This document shows, piece after piece, positions 51,744-63,368 of a stretch of 64,000 nt of DNA. Each line of letters begins with the position of its first letter. The first letter of the stretch is position 1. Origin of the DNA: Ignavibacteriota bacterium (GTDB lineage Bacteria > Bacteroidota > Ignavibacteria > UBA10030 > SZUA-254); the NCBI GenBank assembly GCA_016212665.1, contig JACREZ010000032.1, positions 65,566 through 129,565 on the forward strand, in the 5' to 3' direction. Made by a program: the position numbers and the translations under genes. Under the pieces are notes generated by a model that ran no database searches, had not been told where the DNA came from, and was given only the letters and a program-made list of their open reading frames with translations.

Positions 51744-52058
51744 TATTTTTTCTCAGAATTCAGACATTTTTTCAGAAAATACGCGTATAAAATTATTTTA
51801 TTCGCGTATTTTCTGAATTTATGTCCAAAATAAATTATTTTCTTTCCATATTTTCTGAATTATTTCGGGTATAAATTCCTTTTTTTTAGGAATAAATTTA
51901 TTTTATTCCCAAGTTTTCTCCTTTTATTCCGGAAATAAATAATTTTTCTTCCGTGTTTTCCCATTTATTTCAGGCATAAATTCCTTTTTTTCAGGAATAA
52001 AATCCTTTTCTTTCAGAATATATTTATTTTATTATCTTGTTTTCAGTTCTTTTTTCAG
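51744..52058. repeat. AT-rich degenerate 21-bp-period array (~15 units)
   Basis: cataaattcctttttttcagg / aataaaatccttttctttcag / tattttctgaattatttcggg in exact 21-bp phase. Confidence 0.82.
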
Positions 52059-52123
52059 AACTAGTCAGCCAACTGATAACTGTTAACTGAAAACATCTCA
52101 CCACTCATATCCCAAATCCCATA

Positions 52124-54229
52124 TCATTTCACCTCAACCACCACTTCCTCATCCTTCACCTCCCACGTTCCGGAAACAATTTCTTCTTTCCCGCGAACGA
52201 GAATCCATGAATGGTCGTAGGGCATCAACTCCGGTTCGGCTTTGTGACTGAGCGGCGCAATCCAACACATGATGCCGTTTACGATGTATGGATTTTCTAT
52301 TGCCTGAATAAACGTGAGCGAACTATCAAACGTCGCTTCATGGTTGATGACAATCGAATCGCCATTGAATTGATGTGGAAACTTTTGCATCTGTTCGGCG
52401 ACAACACTATTCTCGTTCGGTTTGCCGTAGAGAAACACTCTGTCGTTTTGCAAATCTGCAAGAGAAATTGCCGTGTCCGCTTTGATAGTGAACGACCAAC
52501 CGGCGATATCCATTTCCGTTGAATCATGCTGCGCGCGTTGCATCAGATATTCTGTATTACTCAACGTCCCGACAATCATCACTCCATCGGAAGGCTCGCG
52601 CAAATCTCCGAGACGGACGGGAAGTTTTCTGAACTTGAGCACATCGCCGTTCGGGTCGAGCCGTGCGAACGTTGGCTTTTCGTTCGTGAGCGTTTCAAAG
52701 CCGACATCGTTCTTGTAATTCCCCCCGCTATCTGCGCCAAGCCAGACACGAGTCTTCACTGTTTCAGATGGCGTTTCAATTCCAACATCAACAAAGGTCG
52801 TAAACTTATCATACCCGACGATTCGTACACGTCCTTTTGTCTGCCACTTGTTCTCTTTCTGTGTTGCCTTCGCGTTGTAGATTTTCATTCGGGGAATTCC
52901 TTTCCCCTTCACCCACTGTTCAAAAAACCAATCGAACTTTTTGCCCGATAATTCTTCAACAAGGTTTTGAAACTCTTCCATCGTCACAGTCTTTTCTGAA
53001 AATCGTTTCGCATACTGATGCAACATTTCAACAAATAATGAATCACCCAAAAGATTCCTCAGCATGTTATGGACGAACGATGCTTTGAGATAATGCGTCG
53101 GCATTGCGCGTAAATCCGCGCGTTGCTGAAGCGGAATATCCAATCCTTTGAGCGAGCGGGTGATAAGCGAACGAAGCAGAGGATGATTCACCAACGAATC
53201 GCGCACGGTCATCTTCCCGCACGACTCGCTGAAGAGCCGCGCTGAGTATTCACACATTCCCTCCGAAAGAAACGCGGCATCTTTATCTTCGATGAAGACG
53301 GTGATGGGCCACCACTGATGAGCAACTTCATGCGGCAAAATCATCGGATACTTGTTGAATTCGTCTTCCGTTTCAAACGCGAGTTTCTTTACAAGAATCA
53401 TTGAAGGAGTCGCGATTGCAAGCACCGCTTTTCCCGCGACCCAATTCTCCACTTCAACGATGGATAATTTGGGAAACCTGTACGGAGAGAAAATCCTGTT
53501 GTAATACTTCAGCACAGAGTCGGTCAGCGAAAGTATTCGTGCCGCATGTGCTGAATCTTCTTCAAACAAAAATGTGGAAATCGGAGCGACGCTTCCTTCC
53601 TTCTTTTCCTGTTTGAATTTTCCCGCGCAAATCCAACCGAGCATCGGAACAGGTTGATTCAATTCCCACACAAATACATTCACGCCACCGACAGAATCTT
53701 GACTCATTAACTTCCCCGGCGCAACCGCTTGCCAATCTGATGGAACTTCGATGGTGAATCGGGCATTCTTCACGTTGCGGTTACCGCGCGGAAGAATCTC
53801 CTCATCTCTCAACACTGCCCGCTCCGAACCGAGGTTTGAATATTCCGTCCGGAAATTCATCCGCGCTTCATAATCGAACACAACATCAAACACTGTGTCG
53901 GGAATATCTTCTACCTTGACTTCACCTTTCGTTCGTTCGTAATCAGCATCTTCACCGTTAAGCCATACTTCTTTCAGTTTGAAAAACGGTGCGAGACCGA
54001 ATTCAATACTCTCTGCTTTCCGGTTAAGAATTCTAACTGTGACAGTATCCGAACAAATTATTTCCTGAGAAGAAGGAAAGAGTTGAATACGAACCTTATG
54101 AGAAGTTATTTCAAAATCTTTCTTCTCAACTTCCTGAGCGAACGAAGTGAATAAAAACAGGAAAGAGGTTGCCAACAATTGTGACAACCTCTTGAGCAAT
54201 TCGAAATTCACTCTACGAGCCGTTGGCAA
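52124..54229 (-). CDS. M1 family aminopeptidase
   Basis: HEVAHQWW, FLSEG, FFEQW; true start may be slightly downstream. Confidence 0.87.
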   Translation of the reverse strand: MPTARRVNFELLKRLSQLLATSFLFLFTSFAQEVEKKDFEITSHKVRIQLFPSSQEIICSDTVTVRILNRKAESIEFGLAPFFKLKEVWLNGEDADYERTKGEVKVEDIPDTVFDVVFDYEARMNFRTEYSNLGSERAVLRDEEILPRGNRNVKNARFTIEVPSDWQAVAPGKLMSQDSVGGVNVFVWELNQPVPMLGWICAGKFKQEKKEGSVAPISTFLFEEDSAHAARILSLTDSVLKYYNRIFSPYRFPKLSIVEVENWVAGKAVLAIATPSMILVKKLAFETEDEFNKYPMILPHEVAHQWWPITVFIEDKDAAFLSEGMCEYSARLFSESCGKMTVRDSLVNHPLLRSLITRSLKGLDIPLQQRADLRAMPTHYLKASFVHNMLRNLLGDSLFVEMLHQYAKRFSEKTVTMEEFQNLVEELSGKKFDWFFEQWVKGKGIPRMKIYNAKATQKENKWQTKGRVRIVGYDKFTTFVDVGIETPSETVKTRVWLGADSGGNYKNDVGFETLTNEKPTFARLDPNGDVLKFRKLPVRLGDLREPSDGVMIVGTLSNTEYLMQRAQHDSTEMDIAGWSFTIKADTAISLADLQNDRVFLYGKPNENSVVAEQMQKFPHQFNGDSIVINHEATFDSSLTFIQAIENPYIVNGIMCWIAPLSHKAEPELMPYDHSWILVRGKEEIVSGTWEVKDEEVVVEVK

Positions 54230-54243
54230 TTCGAAATTCGAAA

Positions 54244-54777
54244 TTAAGCATTCATGATGGGCGGCTGAGTCATTGGCGGCGGCGGCATGTATTGATGTTT
54301 CGGTTTGAAAATACTGTAGCCGATCAATCCGCCAAGCAAACCGAACAACGGGTCAATTATTAATGAGATAAAGAGACTCATGAAAAATTGTCCGATGGAA
54401 GCAGATTCGCGAAACCCTTCTTCCATTCCTTCCCATGCTTCTTCCGGTATGTTTAAATCCATGTTCTGCAATGTTTGCATGATGAACTCGCCCATAATAT
54501 TTCCGAAAATGACGAGGAAAAATGTTCCAAGAACTGAACCGATGATTGCTCCGAACACACCGGAAAGAGCGCCGACCGCCATACAATCGCCGGAGGTAAA
54601 CGGTGCTGTGTCGGGAGTAAAATTATTTTTGTAAAACATCACGGCAAGCATCCCGCCAAGCATCACGCCGGCACAACAAATACAATTGATGATGCTGAGA
54701 AATGGTACTGCCGAAATAACTCCCATGATGATTCCACCATAGAGAGCGGGAATAGTTTTGTCAGGTTTGGGATTCAT
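54244..54777 (-). CDS. Multi-TM membrane protein
   Basis: INCICCAG, Gly-rich TMs, Pro-rich tail. Confidence 0.75.
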   Translation of the reverse strand: MNPKPDKTIPALYGGIIMGVISAVPFLSIINCICCAGVMLGGMLAVMFYKNNFTPDTAPFTSGDCMAVGALSGVFGAIIGSVLGTFFLVIFGNIMGEFIMQTLQNMDLNIPEEAWEGMEEGFRESASIGQFFMSLFISLIIDPLFGLLGGLIGYSIFKPKHQYMPPPPMTQPPIMNA

Positions 54778-55255
54778 AGTAAGTTTTTTTGTTGTGAATA
54801 TATTTTGTTGAGAGTTCGACACATCCTTCAATGAAATACGGAGTCAGAATTATTCCGGTTGCAACTCCGAAGAGCGAGCCGGTGATACTTCTTGTCACGA
54901 GCGTACTATCATGCACGCCAAGCCAACTACCGACGACATCGAGCAACATCGGGAGAAGTGCAACTAAAAGCCATCGGGAATTCCATGAAAACTTTTTTGA
55001 GATGAGCGGAGAAAGCAAGACGCCAAAGAAAAATCCGAAATAAATTGTCGAGCATCGCGCACACACTGCCAATTTTTCTCCAAACAAGTGAAGCGAGTGT
55101 GAATCGTATTGGTGACAAATTCTTGAATAGATTTTGTACGATTGAGTTGCAAAGAGCGATGCATCAAATAACACCGCAAGCGGCGGCAAGAAAAGAAGCA
55201 AACACCAGACAAACGCTCCTCCGAGCAAAAAGTAATATGCAGTTGTATGCTTCAT
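54761..55255 (-). CDS. DUF2085 membrane protein
   Basis: ICHQ, VCARC, RSITG. Confidence 0.85.
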   Translation of the reverse strand: MKHTTAYYFLLGGAFVWCLLLFLPPLAVLFDASLFATQSYKIYSRICHQYDSHSLHLFGEKLAVCARCSTIYFGFFFGVLLSPLISKKFSWNSRWLLVALLPMLLDVVGSWLGVHDSTLVTRSITGSLFGVATGIILTPYFIEGCVELSTKYIHNKKTYYESQT

Positions 55256-55491
55256 AAGTTCGGTGTGAAGTTAGGAGAAAATCCACTCATAAACAATTTT
55301 CATTACGGTTATTTGTTCGTGTTTGAGAATGATACTCAGAATGTCATTGGTCATTTGTCAATGGTCATTACTCAATATGTCGTGTGTACAAATGACAAAT
55401 GACTAATGACCAATTACAAATGACCAGAAGTTTTGAAACTTGCATCAAATCATGTTATATTCAGCCGCTTAAAATTCAGACCCGAACTTCC

Positions 55492-56391
55492 ATGTTTAAC
55501 ACGCTTGATATTTCCAAAAACTTCCTCGCTATCGAAGAAGAATATTCCTCATTTGATTCATCAAAAATTGTCGTCGTCCCCGCACCGTATGAGAAAACTG
55601 TCAGTTACGGCGGCGGAACCGTTGATGGTCCGGACGCAATTCTCGAAGCCTCTCATTTTGTAGAATTTTATGATGAAGAAACCCAACGTGAAGTGTTCAG
55701 GGAACTCGGCATTGCAACGCTTCAACCGCTTAACTTTGACGGAATGAGTGACGTCGAAGCGTTAGAAACTTTGTACCGAACAACGAAATCATTGATTGGA
55801 AAAGGAAAGTTTGTTGTAACGCTCGGAGGCGAACACACAATTTCACAAGCAACAATAGCGGCGTATGCCGAAGCCTATCCCGATTTATCCGTCCTGCAAA
55901 TTGATGCTCACTCAGACTTGCGAATGGAATATCAGGGAAATAAATTCAGTCACGCATCGGTGATGGCTCGTGTGTGCGAGTTTCTTGACCCGCGCCGGGT
56001 TGTTCAAGTCGGCATTCGCGCACAGTGTAAAGAAGAAGCGGAGTTCATCAAAGAAAAAGGTGTAACAACTCTTTACGCTCATGAAATCCGCGAGGGAAAA
56101 TACACCAAAGTTTTAAAGACGTGGGATGAATATGTTCTCGAACATCTTACCGACCATGTTTATGTTACGTTCGATGTTGACGGACTCGACCCTTCCATCA
56201 TGCCATCAACCGGAACACCGGAACCAAACGGTTTATTTTGGTGGGAGACAATGCAACTACTGAGAAAAATCGGCAAGAGAAAAACTGTCGTTGCATGTGA
56301 TGTAGTTGAACTTGCACCGGTGGAAGGTGTCCACCATCCCGACCTTACTACTGCCAAGTTGGTCTCGAAGATGATGAACTATTTCGCCTGA
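55492..56391 (+). CDS. speB: Agmatinase
   Basis: LGGEH, DAHSD, SHAS, FDVDGLDPS, TGTPEP. Confidence 0.92.
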   Translation: MFNTLDISKNFLAIEEEYSSFDSSKIVVVPAPYEKTVSYGGGTVDGPDAILEASHFVEFYDEETQREVFRELGIATLQPLNFDGMSDVEALETLYRTTKSLIGKGKFVVTLGGEHTISQATIAAYAEAYPDLSVLQIDAHSDLRMEYQGNKFSHASVMARVCEFLDPRRVVQVGIRAQCKEEAEFIKEKGVTTLYAHEIREGKYTKVLKTWDEYVLEHLTDHVYVTFDVDGLDPSIMPSTGTPEPNGLFWWETMQLLRKIGKRKTVVACDVVELAPVEGVHHPDLTTAKLVSKMMNYFA

Positions 56392-56716
56392 TATGCAATA
56401 TGTGTTGCTGAGATATGAGATATGGGATTCTTGCCCGACTTCTAACAATGAACGTTTGGGTTTAAGAAATTGAGAATACATTACACTCGCACATCACATA
56501 TCACATATCTCACATCTCTTCTCAAAACATTCTCCCACGCACCCTGCACCCCGCTCCCCTGCATTCATAAAATGAGATGAAAATCCAACTACGAGAACGC
56601 GCGTAGATATTTTTTATTCCCGTCTGATTTTCTTAATTTTGCACCACAAAATTTACCGCGCCCTCGACTGATTTGTCAGGGCGTTTATTGTATCTGAAAA
56701 CAACGAAAGACCTCCC

Positions 56717-57886
56717 ATGACGAAATTTCAAGGCTTAGATTATTATCAAATGGATGACCTTCTTTCCGAAGAGGAAATCCTTGTCCGAAATACCATCCGC
56801 GAATTTGTTGATGATAACATCATTCCCATCATTGAGAAACACTATCGTGCCGGAACGTTCCCAGCCGAACTTGTCGGCAAGATGGCTGAACTTGGTTTGT
56901 TCGGCGCAACGCTTCCGGCAAAATATGGTTGCGCTGAAATGAACAATGTCGCTTACGGATTAGTGATGCAGGAACTCGAACGCGGCGATAGCGGCGTGCG
57001 AAGTTTCTGTTCGGTGCAAAGTGCTCTCGTGATGTACCCGATTTTCACCTTCGGGTCCGAAGCGCAAAAAGATTACTGGCTTCCGAAACTTGCGCGTGGA
57101 GAAAAAATCGGTTGCTTCGGTTTAACAGAGCCTGACTTCGGTTCCAACCCCGGCGGAATGATTACGCGCGCAGAAGACAAAGGCGACCACTATCTTCTCA
57201 ATGGTGCGAAGATGTGGATTACCAACGGAACAATTGCCGATGTAGCAGTCGTCTGGGCAAAACTTGATGGCGTTGTTCGAGGCTTCTTAGTTGAAAAAGG
57301 AACGCCCGGTTACACCGCTCCTGAAATGGTTGGCAAACATTCTCTCCGCGCATCCATCACGTCTGAATTAATTTTTCAGGATTGTAAAATCCCAAAAGAA
57401 AACATCTTCCCCGCAACCGATGGATTGAGAATGCCGTTGATGTGTCTCTCACAAGCGCGCTATGGAATTGCATGGGGAGCGATTGGCGCGGCAATGTCAT
57501 GTTATGATTCTTCTTTGAATTATGCTAAATCCCGAATTCAATTTGGAAAACCGATTGCCGGTTTCCAACTGATTCAGGATAAACTTGTTCACATGGTAAC
57601 GGAGATTACCAAAGCACAACTCCTCTGTCTCCAACTTGGTCGCTTGAAAGATAAAGGCAAAGCAAAATTCCAACACATCTCACTTGCAAAACGAAATAAC
57701 GTTTACCACGCACTTGAAATCGCCCGCATTGCACGTGAGATTCACGGCGCGAACGGAATCCTCGATGAATATCCAATCATGCGCCACAGTGCAAACCTCG
57801 AATCAGTAAAGACGTATGAAGGGACGCACGAGATGCACACGCTGATTGTTGGAGAGAATATTACCGGGTTAGCGGCATTTGAGTAA
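56717..57886 (+). CDS. Acyl-CoA dehydrogenase, glutaryl-CoA dehydrogenase-like
   Basis: GCFGLTEPDFGS, LNGAKMWITN, TYEGTH. Confidence 0.9.
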   Translation: MTKFQGLDYYQMDDLLSEEEILVRNTIREFVDDNIIPIIEKHYRAGTFPAELVGKMAELGLFGATLPAKYGCAEMNNVAYGLVMQELERGDSGVRSFCSVQSALVMYPIFTFGSEAQKDYWLPKLARGEKIGCFGLTEPDFGSNPGGMITRAEDKGDHYLLNGAKMWITNGTIADVAVVWAKLDGVVRGFLVEKGTPGYTAPEMVGKHSLRASITSELIFQDCKIPKENIFPATDGLRMPLMCLSQARYGIAWGAIGAAMSCYDSSLNYAKSRIQFGKPIAGFQLIQDKLVHMVTEITKAQLLCLQLGRLKDKGKAKFQHISLAKRNNVYHALEIARIAREIHGANGILDEYPIMRHSANLESVKTYEGTHEMHTLIVGENITGLAAFE

Positions 57887-57930
57887 TTGGTTTAAAGTTT
57901 TTTGTTTTTAGAAATATTATAGGTTGAATC

Positions 57931-58227
57931 ATGCAAACAGCTACGTTAGAGACATTACAACAAAAAGCGATTCATGTGCTTGATGTTAGTCAGGAAGATT
58001 TCTTGAAAAACAGCATTCGTTCGTTGCTTCAAGAGAAATTGAGAAGCATTAACATTAAACGAATTGCTACATGTCGGAAGTATAATGTTTCTTCAATCTA
58101 AGAATTAGATGAACTTATTCGTGAAGGAAAAGTGAACGAACTATTGGTTGATGGAGACATTCAGCATGATGATTATTTAACATGGAAAGCAAATGAAATT
58201 CAGACTGTTTTATTTCAACGTGATTAG
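57931..58227 (+). pseudogene. Small antitoxin-like gene interrupted by TAA at 58099
   Basis: MQTATLETL...RKYNVSSI*ELDELIREGKV...FQRD*. Confidence 0.55.
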
Positions 58228-58259
58228 TTTGTATAGTGTTATTGGAAAGACTACCATCT

Positions 58260-58850
58260 ATGAAAACATCCAACAATAATTCTGAAAAAGGAAAAAATAA
58301 ATTTGATAGTAAGTCACTTATTATTTTATCAATTGCTTCATTATTTATTATTTTGTTAGTTTATCTTTATTTAAATAATGCAGATAAAGATAATTCTTGG
58401 TCAGAAGAAGAAAAAATTGCTTTAGCAAATTACATCGATTCATTATATCCAACGAATGATGTATCTGATTTGCCTCTTGAAAAAGAAAATTTTCTTTCTG
58501 AAAACCCATTTACAAAATTCAGTCTTTTAGCGGAAGGGGGTCGAACCATCCATGCTTCTGTTTTCAAAACGCATAAATACGGAAGTGGTAGATTATTAAT
58601 CATTTTTGCACCGTTCTTAAGTTATTCAGACGGCAATTTTTATATAGCTTCCCTTTCAGCCTTACACAATATTTATGGAAAACAAAGGGGTCTTTTTCTG
58701 CTGGAAGAAGCAAGAAAGAAATATGATGAGACAATACAATCAAAAGTAATCTATTGGAGTATTTCAAATCCAAATCAATCTTTTTACTCTTTCCCTATTG
58801 TAGACACTGACACCGAAACTATATCTTCAATCGTTGTCTGGACAGAATAA
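58260..58850 (+). CDS. Membrane-anchored hypothetical protein (AT-rich)
   Basis: Single N-terminal TM. Confidence 0.6.
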   Translation: MKTSNNNSEKGKNKFDSKSLIILSIASLFIILLVYLYLNNADKDNSWSEEEKIALANYIDSLYPTNDVSDLPLEKENFLSENPFTKFSLLAEGGRTIHASVFKTHKYGSGRLLIIFAPFLSYSDGNFYIASLSALHNIYGKQRGLFLLEEARKKYDETIQSKVIYWSISNPNQSFYSFPIVDTDTETISSIVVWTE

Positions 58851-58889
58851 TTTTTATGAACTCAATACCAATAAAACAAAGGAAAAATA

Positions 58890-59309
58890 ATGCAAGCATC
58901 AAAGATATCAGACATTAGATATTTATATGCAAATTATATTGACAACGATCTCACAGATAATATTATCCTTTTCTTAGATATTACCGATAAACATTATAGT
59001 AATAGAATTGAGATAAAAACACGAAGCGAAAAATCCGGAGAGCCACTTGGCTATTTTTCTCTTTTTATGAGTCCGACTGATAATACAGTAAGGTTTGCCG
59101 GTGGAATAGAAAATAAATTACCCGTGATAAGATTTACGTTTAGTAATCCATTTCTTAAATATGTACCGAACCAATTAAAAATTCCTTACAGAAAAAATAA
59201 ACCTACAAATTCTGATGACCAAAATTGGATGTATGTTATAATTTCAAAAGAATCAATACTAATGTTTCTTAGTTTAATGGTAATGCAACTTGAATTAGAT
59301 ATTAAATGA
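58890..59309 (+). CDS. Hypothetical protein (AT-rich)
   Basis: 139 aa with RBS; overlaps guaB start by 4 bp. Confidence 0.55.
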   Translation: MQASKISDIRYLYANYIDNDLTDNIILFLDITDKHYSNRIEIKTRSEKSGEPLGYFSLFMSPTDNTVRFAGGIENKLPVIRFTFSNPFLKYVPNQLKIPYRKNKPTNSDDQNWMYVIISKESILMFLSLMVMQLELDIK

Positions 59310-60796
59310 AATCTAAAACGAATAAATCTTACTTCGATGAGAAATTTATTGGTAATGCTTTTACCTTCGATGATGTTCTCCTCGTTCCACGAAAATCTTC
59401 AGTGCTTCCAAGAGAGACGGATGTTTCTACACAACTTACGCGTAACATCAAACTGAATATTCCGCTCATCTCCGCCGCGATGGATACGGTTACGGAAGCA
59501 CGGCTTGCAATTGCACTTGCTCGTGAAGGAGGAATTGGAATCTTGCATAAAAACATGAGTATCGAAGCGCATGCAGAGCAGGTTGATAAAGTGAAACGCT
59601 CCGAAAGCGGAATGATTACCGACCCGATTACGATGCAACCCAATCAGACAGTTGCTGAAGCGTTGGCGTTGATGAGTAAATATCAGATTTCCGGTATTCC
59701 GATTATTAATGGAAACGGAATGTTGATTGGTATCCTGACGAACCGTGATTTACGTTTCGAGCCGAATCGCGATTTGCGCGTTGAAAAATTAATGACGAAA
59801 GAAAATCTCATCACCGCTTCGGTAGGAACGACGCTTGAGAAAGCAGAACAAATTTTGCAAAAGCATCGCATCGAAAAATTACCGATTGTTGATAAATACG
59901 GAAAACTTCGCGGGCTTCTCACGTTCAAAGATATTCAAAAGAAGAAGAGTTTCCCCAAAGCTTGCAAGGATTCTCTCGGACGATTGCGTGTGGGTGCGGC
60001 GGTTGGAATTAAAGCCGATACTCTCGAAAGAGTTGATGAACTCATCAAATCAGCAGTTGATGTTATTATTGTGGACACGGCACATGGTCATTCTCAAGGT
60101 GTGTTGGAAATGATTACGCGAGTGAAACGAAAATATCCTAACTGCGATGTCATTGGTGGTAATGTGGGAACTGCTGAAGCCACCCGTGACATCATCAAAG
60201 CAGGCGCGGATGGTGTGAAAGTCGGCATCGGTCCCGGTTCGATTTGCACGACAAGAATTATTGCCGGCGTTGGTGTTCCGCAAGTAACCGCAATCAATGA
60301 ATGTGCGAAGGAAGCAAGTAAAGCGCGTGTTCCACTTATTGCCGATGGAGGCATCAAACAAACAGGCGATATTGCCAAAGCAATTGCTGCCGGTGCAGAT
60401 ACAATTATGATTGGAAATCTCTTCGCTGGAGTTGAAGAAAGTCCGGGTGAAAAAGTTCTGCTCGAAGGACGCGCATACAAAAGTTATCGCGGCATGGGTT
60501 CGATTGATGCGATGAAGCAAGGAAGCAGCGACAGATATTTTCAAGATGTCGAAGATGATTTGCCGAAACTTGTTCCCGAAGGAATCGAAGGACTTGTTCA
60601 TTTCAAAGGTCCGCTTGCTGATACGGTGTTTCAGATGGTAGGTGGCTTGCGTGCGGCGATGGGTTACTGCGGTTGTAGAACAATCAAAGAAATGAAAACA
60701 AAAACTCAGTTCGTGCGAATGACACAAGCGGGCTTGAAAGAAAGTCATCCGCATGACATTCGTATTTCTAAAGAAGCGCCGAATTATCACTGGTAA
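59306..60796 (+). CDS. guaB: IMP dehydrogenase
   Basis: [31 protein letters not shown]. Confidence 0.97.
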   Translation: MKSKTNKSYFDEKFIGNAFTFDDVLLVPRKSSVLPRETDVSTQLTRNIKLNIPLISAAMDTVTEARLAIALAREGGIGILHKNMSIEAHAEQVDKVKRSESGMITDPITMQPNQTVAEALALMSKYQISGIPIINGNGMLIGILTNRDLRFEPNRDLRVEKLMTKENLITASVGTTLEKAEQILQKHRIEKLPIVDKYGKLRGLLTFKDIQKKKSFPKACKDSLGRLRVGAAVGIKADTLERVDELIKSAVDVIIVDTAHGHSQGVLEMITRVKRKYPNCDVIGGNVGTAEATRDIIKAGADGVKVGIGPGSICTTRIIAGVGVPQVTAINECAKEASKARVPLIADGGIKQTGDIAKAIAAGADTIMIGNLFAGVEESPGEKVLLEGRAYKSYRGMGSIDAMKQGSSDRYFQDVEDDLPKLVPEGIEGLVHFKGPLADTVFQMVGGLRAAMGYCGCRTIKEMKTKTQFVRMTQAGLKESHPHDIRISKEAPNYHW

Positions 60797-60883
60797 AACT
60801 CATCGGTTACAAGTTACAGGTTACACGTTACTGTTACCCAATCATCAATCGGCAATCGAAAATCATCAATCATAAATCTTTAT

Positions 60884-61960
60884 ATGAATAAATCCCGACT
60901 AACTACACTTCGAAATACTTTCGATTCACTCAACATAGACGCGTTCTTAGTAACATTCATGCCGCATCTTCGATGGGCAAGCGGCTTCACCGGTTCAAAT
61001 GGTGTTGGATTGGTAACAAAGAGAAACGCATATTTCGTAACTGACGGGCGATACGAGGAACAAGTAAAACGGGAAGTGCATGGATGGACAACTGCCATCG
61101 CACGGGATTATAATTTGTATGAACTCATGCTCAAACGAAAATGGTTTCGCTCCGGCACAAGAATCGGGTTTGACGGCAATACGGTTTCGCTAACACAGTT
61201 TCAGGATTGGAAAAAGAAATTCCCGAAAGTATTTTTCCGTCCGCGTGCGGAAGTGATGGAGAAACTTATCGTTAGTAAAGATGAAAACGAAATTGCCAAC
61301 ATCAGAAAAGCAGTGGAAATCACCGACAAAGTTTTTGCCGACATCCTTCCGCTTCTCAAACCCGGAGTTGTCGAAGCGGACATCGCTGCCGAGATTACCT
61401 ATCGTCAACGGAAATATGGCGCGGCATCGGATGCGTTTGAATCCATTGTTGCAAGTGGCGCGAACAGCGCACTGCCGCACGCACGTGCTTCATCAAAGAA
61501 AATTAAAAAGGGGGACATGGTCACGCTCGATTTCGGTTGCGTCTATCATGGCTACCATTCCGACATGACAAGAACTGTTGCTGTCGGGAAGCCACTGTAT
61601 GAAATGTTGAAAATCTATCAAGTAGTTCTTGACGCGCAAAAGAAAGCAATCGAAGCAGCGCACGCTGAGATGAAAGTGTTTGATTTGGATGCAGTCGCAC
61701 GTGACCATATCAAAGAAAAGGGATATGGAAAATTTTACAATCATTCGCTCGGGCACGGAATCGGTTTGCAAATACATGAACCACCGAAAATTTCATGGAC
61801 AAATAAAACTGCTGTCCTGAAAGAAGGTTGCGTCGTTACCATCGAACCGGGAATTTATCTTCCCGAACTCGGCGGCGTTCGGATTGAAGACGATATTGTC
61901 ATTCGAAATTCCGACTGTGAAATTCTCACTCAATCACCAAAGGAATTAATCGTCCTCTAA
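60884..61960 (+). CDS. Xaa-Pro aminopeptidase (M24)
   Basis: SDMTRT, HSLGHGIGL, IEPGIY, GVRIEDD. Confidence 0.92.
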   Translation: MNKSRLTTLRNTFDSLNIDAFLVTFMPHLRWASGFTGSNGVGLVTKRNAYFVTDGRYEEQVKREVHGWTTAIARDYNLYELMLKRKWFRSGTRIGFDGNTVSLTQFQDWKKKFPKVFFRPRAEVMEKLIVSKDENEIANIRKAVEITDKVFADILPLLKPGVVEADIAAEITYRQRKYGAASDAFESIVASGANSALPHARASSKKIKKGDMVTLDFGCVYHGYHSDMTRTVAVGKPLYEMLKIYQVVLDAQKKAIEAAHAEMKVFDLDAVARDHIKEKGYGKFYNHSLGHGIGLQIHEPPKISWTNKTAVLKEGCVVTIEPGIYLPELGGVRIEDDIVIRNSDCEILTQSPKELIVL

Positions 61961-61963
61961 TCA

Positions 61964-63247
61964 ATGAGTTCTGAAATAACGCGTAAGCGACCTGTTCTTG
62001 TCATCGCATATTATTTTCCTCCTCTCGGATTGAGTGGCGTACAGCGCACACTTAAATTTGTAAAATACCTTCCACAGTTCGGGTATCAACCGACAGTGCT
62101 CACAGTAACACCGACCGGTTACTTTGCGCAGGATGAATCGTTGCTCGAGGAACTCAACGGACTCGACATCGAAATCTTTCGAGTCGGCTCGCTTGATGCA
62201 AATCGTCTTTTCAAGAAAAAAGGCGTGGTTAAAATGCCTTCTGAGAGAATGAGAAAGTTCCTCACGTTTCTCAGCGACTCGTTTTTCATTCCCGATAACA
62301 AAATCGGTTGGAAAAATAAAGCGCTCAAAGCCGCAATCGAGTTGCATCAGAAACATAAGTTCAACCTTGTCTTTGCAACCGCTCCCCCCTTCACCGATTT
62401 TTTAATTGGAGCGGAACTGCGAAAGCGGTTCAATCTTCCCTTGGTGATTGATTACCGTGACCCGTGGCTTGAATATCCGTTGAAATATTATCCGACACCA
62501 CTTCATCGTTGGTTGAATTATCGAATGGAAAAAGCGGTGCTTCGACTTTCATCGAGAATCATTGTCACCAACCGTCGTGTGAAGGAGTTGATGATTAAGA
62601 AATATCGCTTCTTAGAATACAACGACATCACGATTCTCTCACAGGGATTCGACCCGACAGATTTTGAAGCCGTTAGCGAATCCGCTTCACCACAGAAAAT
62701 GAGAATTACTCACGCAGGAGTTTTTTACGGAGATAGAACGCCAAAGTATTTTCTTCAGGCATTGAAAAGAATCTTTGTCGAGCGACCGAGTCTGAAAGAA
62801 AAAATCGAAGCGTGTTTTGTCGGCGTGCTTCAGGATGAACATACAAAACTCATAAAGCAGTTGGGACTTGAATCCAACATCATCACGACCGGCTACCTGA
62901 ATCATGAATCCTGTATCCGACAAATCATGTCCTCCGATATTCTTTGGTTGACGGTGAACAACGACCGGCAGTCACCCGGCAAGTTGTACGAATATATCGG
63001 CGCAAGAAAGCCTGTCCTCGCTTGCGTACCGGATGGATTCATCCGGCAAACATTGCAGGAAACCGGCGCGAGTATTTTCGCCAAGCCGGATAATGTCGAA
63101 GAAATTGCGCAGGCAATTCTTAAATTTTATCAGCTGTACGAGCAGAAGAAACTTCCGAAACCGAATGAAGAAATCGTTCAAAAGTATGACCGAGTGAAGT
63201 TGACAGAAGAACTTTCCCGCATGTTTGGGTTTTTGGTGAGTGAATGA
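61964..63247 (+). CDS. Glycosyltransferase family 4
   Basis: YYFPP, DYRDPW, PGKLYEY. Confidence 0.88.
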   Translation: MSSEITRKRPVLVIAYYFPPLGLSGVQRTLKFVKYLPQFGYQPTVLTVTPTGYFAQDESLLEELNGLDIEIFRVGSLDANRLFKKKGVVKMPSERMRKFLTFLSDSFFIPDNKIGWKNKALKAAIELHQKHKFNLVFATAPPFTDFLIGAELRKRFNLPLVIDYRDPWLEYPLKYYPTPLHRWLNYRMEKAVLRLSSRIIVTNRRVKELMIKKYRFLEYNDITILSQGFDPTDFEAVSESASPQKMRITHAGVFYGDRTPKYFLQALKRIFVERPSLKEKIEACFVGVLQDEHTKLIKQLGLESNIITTGYLNHESCIRQIMSSDILWLTVNNDRQSPGKLYEYIGARKPVLACVPDGFIRQTLQETGASIFAKPDNVEEIAQAILKFYQLYEQKKLPKPNEEIVQKYDRVKLTEELSRMFGFLVSE

Positions 63248-63285
63248 TGCTAACGATTTTTGATTCTTCCACGCCAATCTCACAC

Positions 63286-63355
63286 TGTCACCCCGAACTT
63301 GTTTCGGGGTCTATCCACGAGTATTTACAGATGCTGAAACAAGTTCAGCATGACG
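63286..63355. repeat. REP-like paired palindromes
   Basis: gtcaccccgaacttgtttcggggtct...atgctgaaacaagttcagcatgac. Confidence 0.7.
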
Positions 63356-63368
63356 ATAGAATGAAAAT

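Noticed and set aside
60050-60790. 246-aa antisense ORF in guaB, and similar ones in groEL, gmhA, alaS
   Set aside because: Shadow ORFs opposite well-conserved genes.
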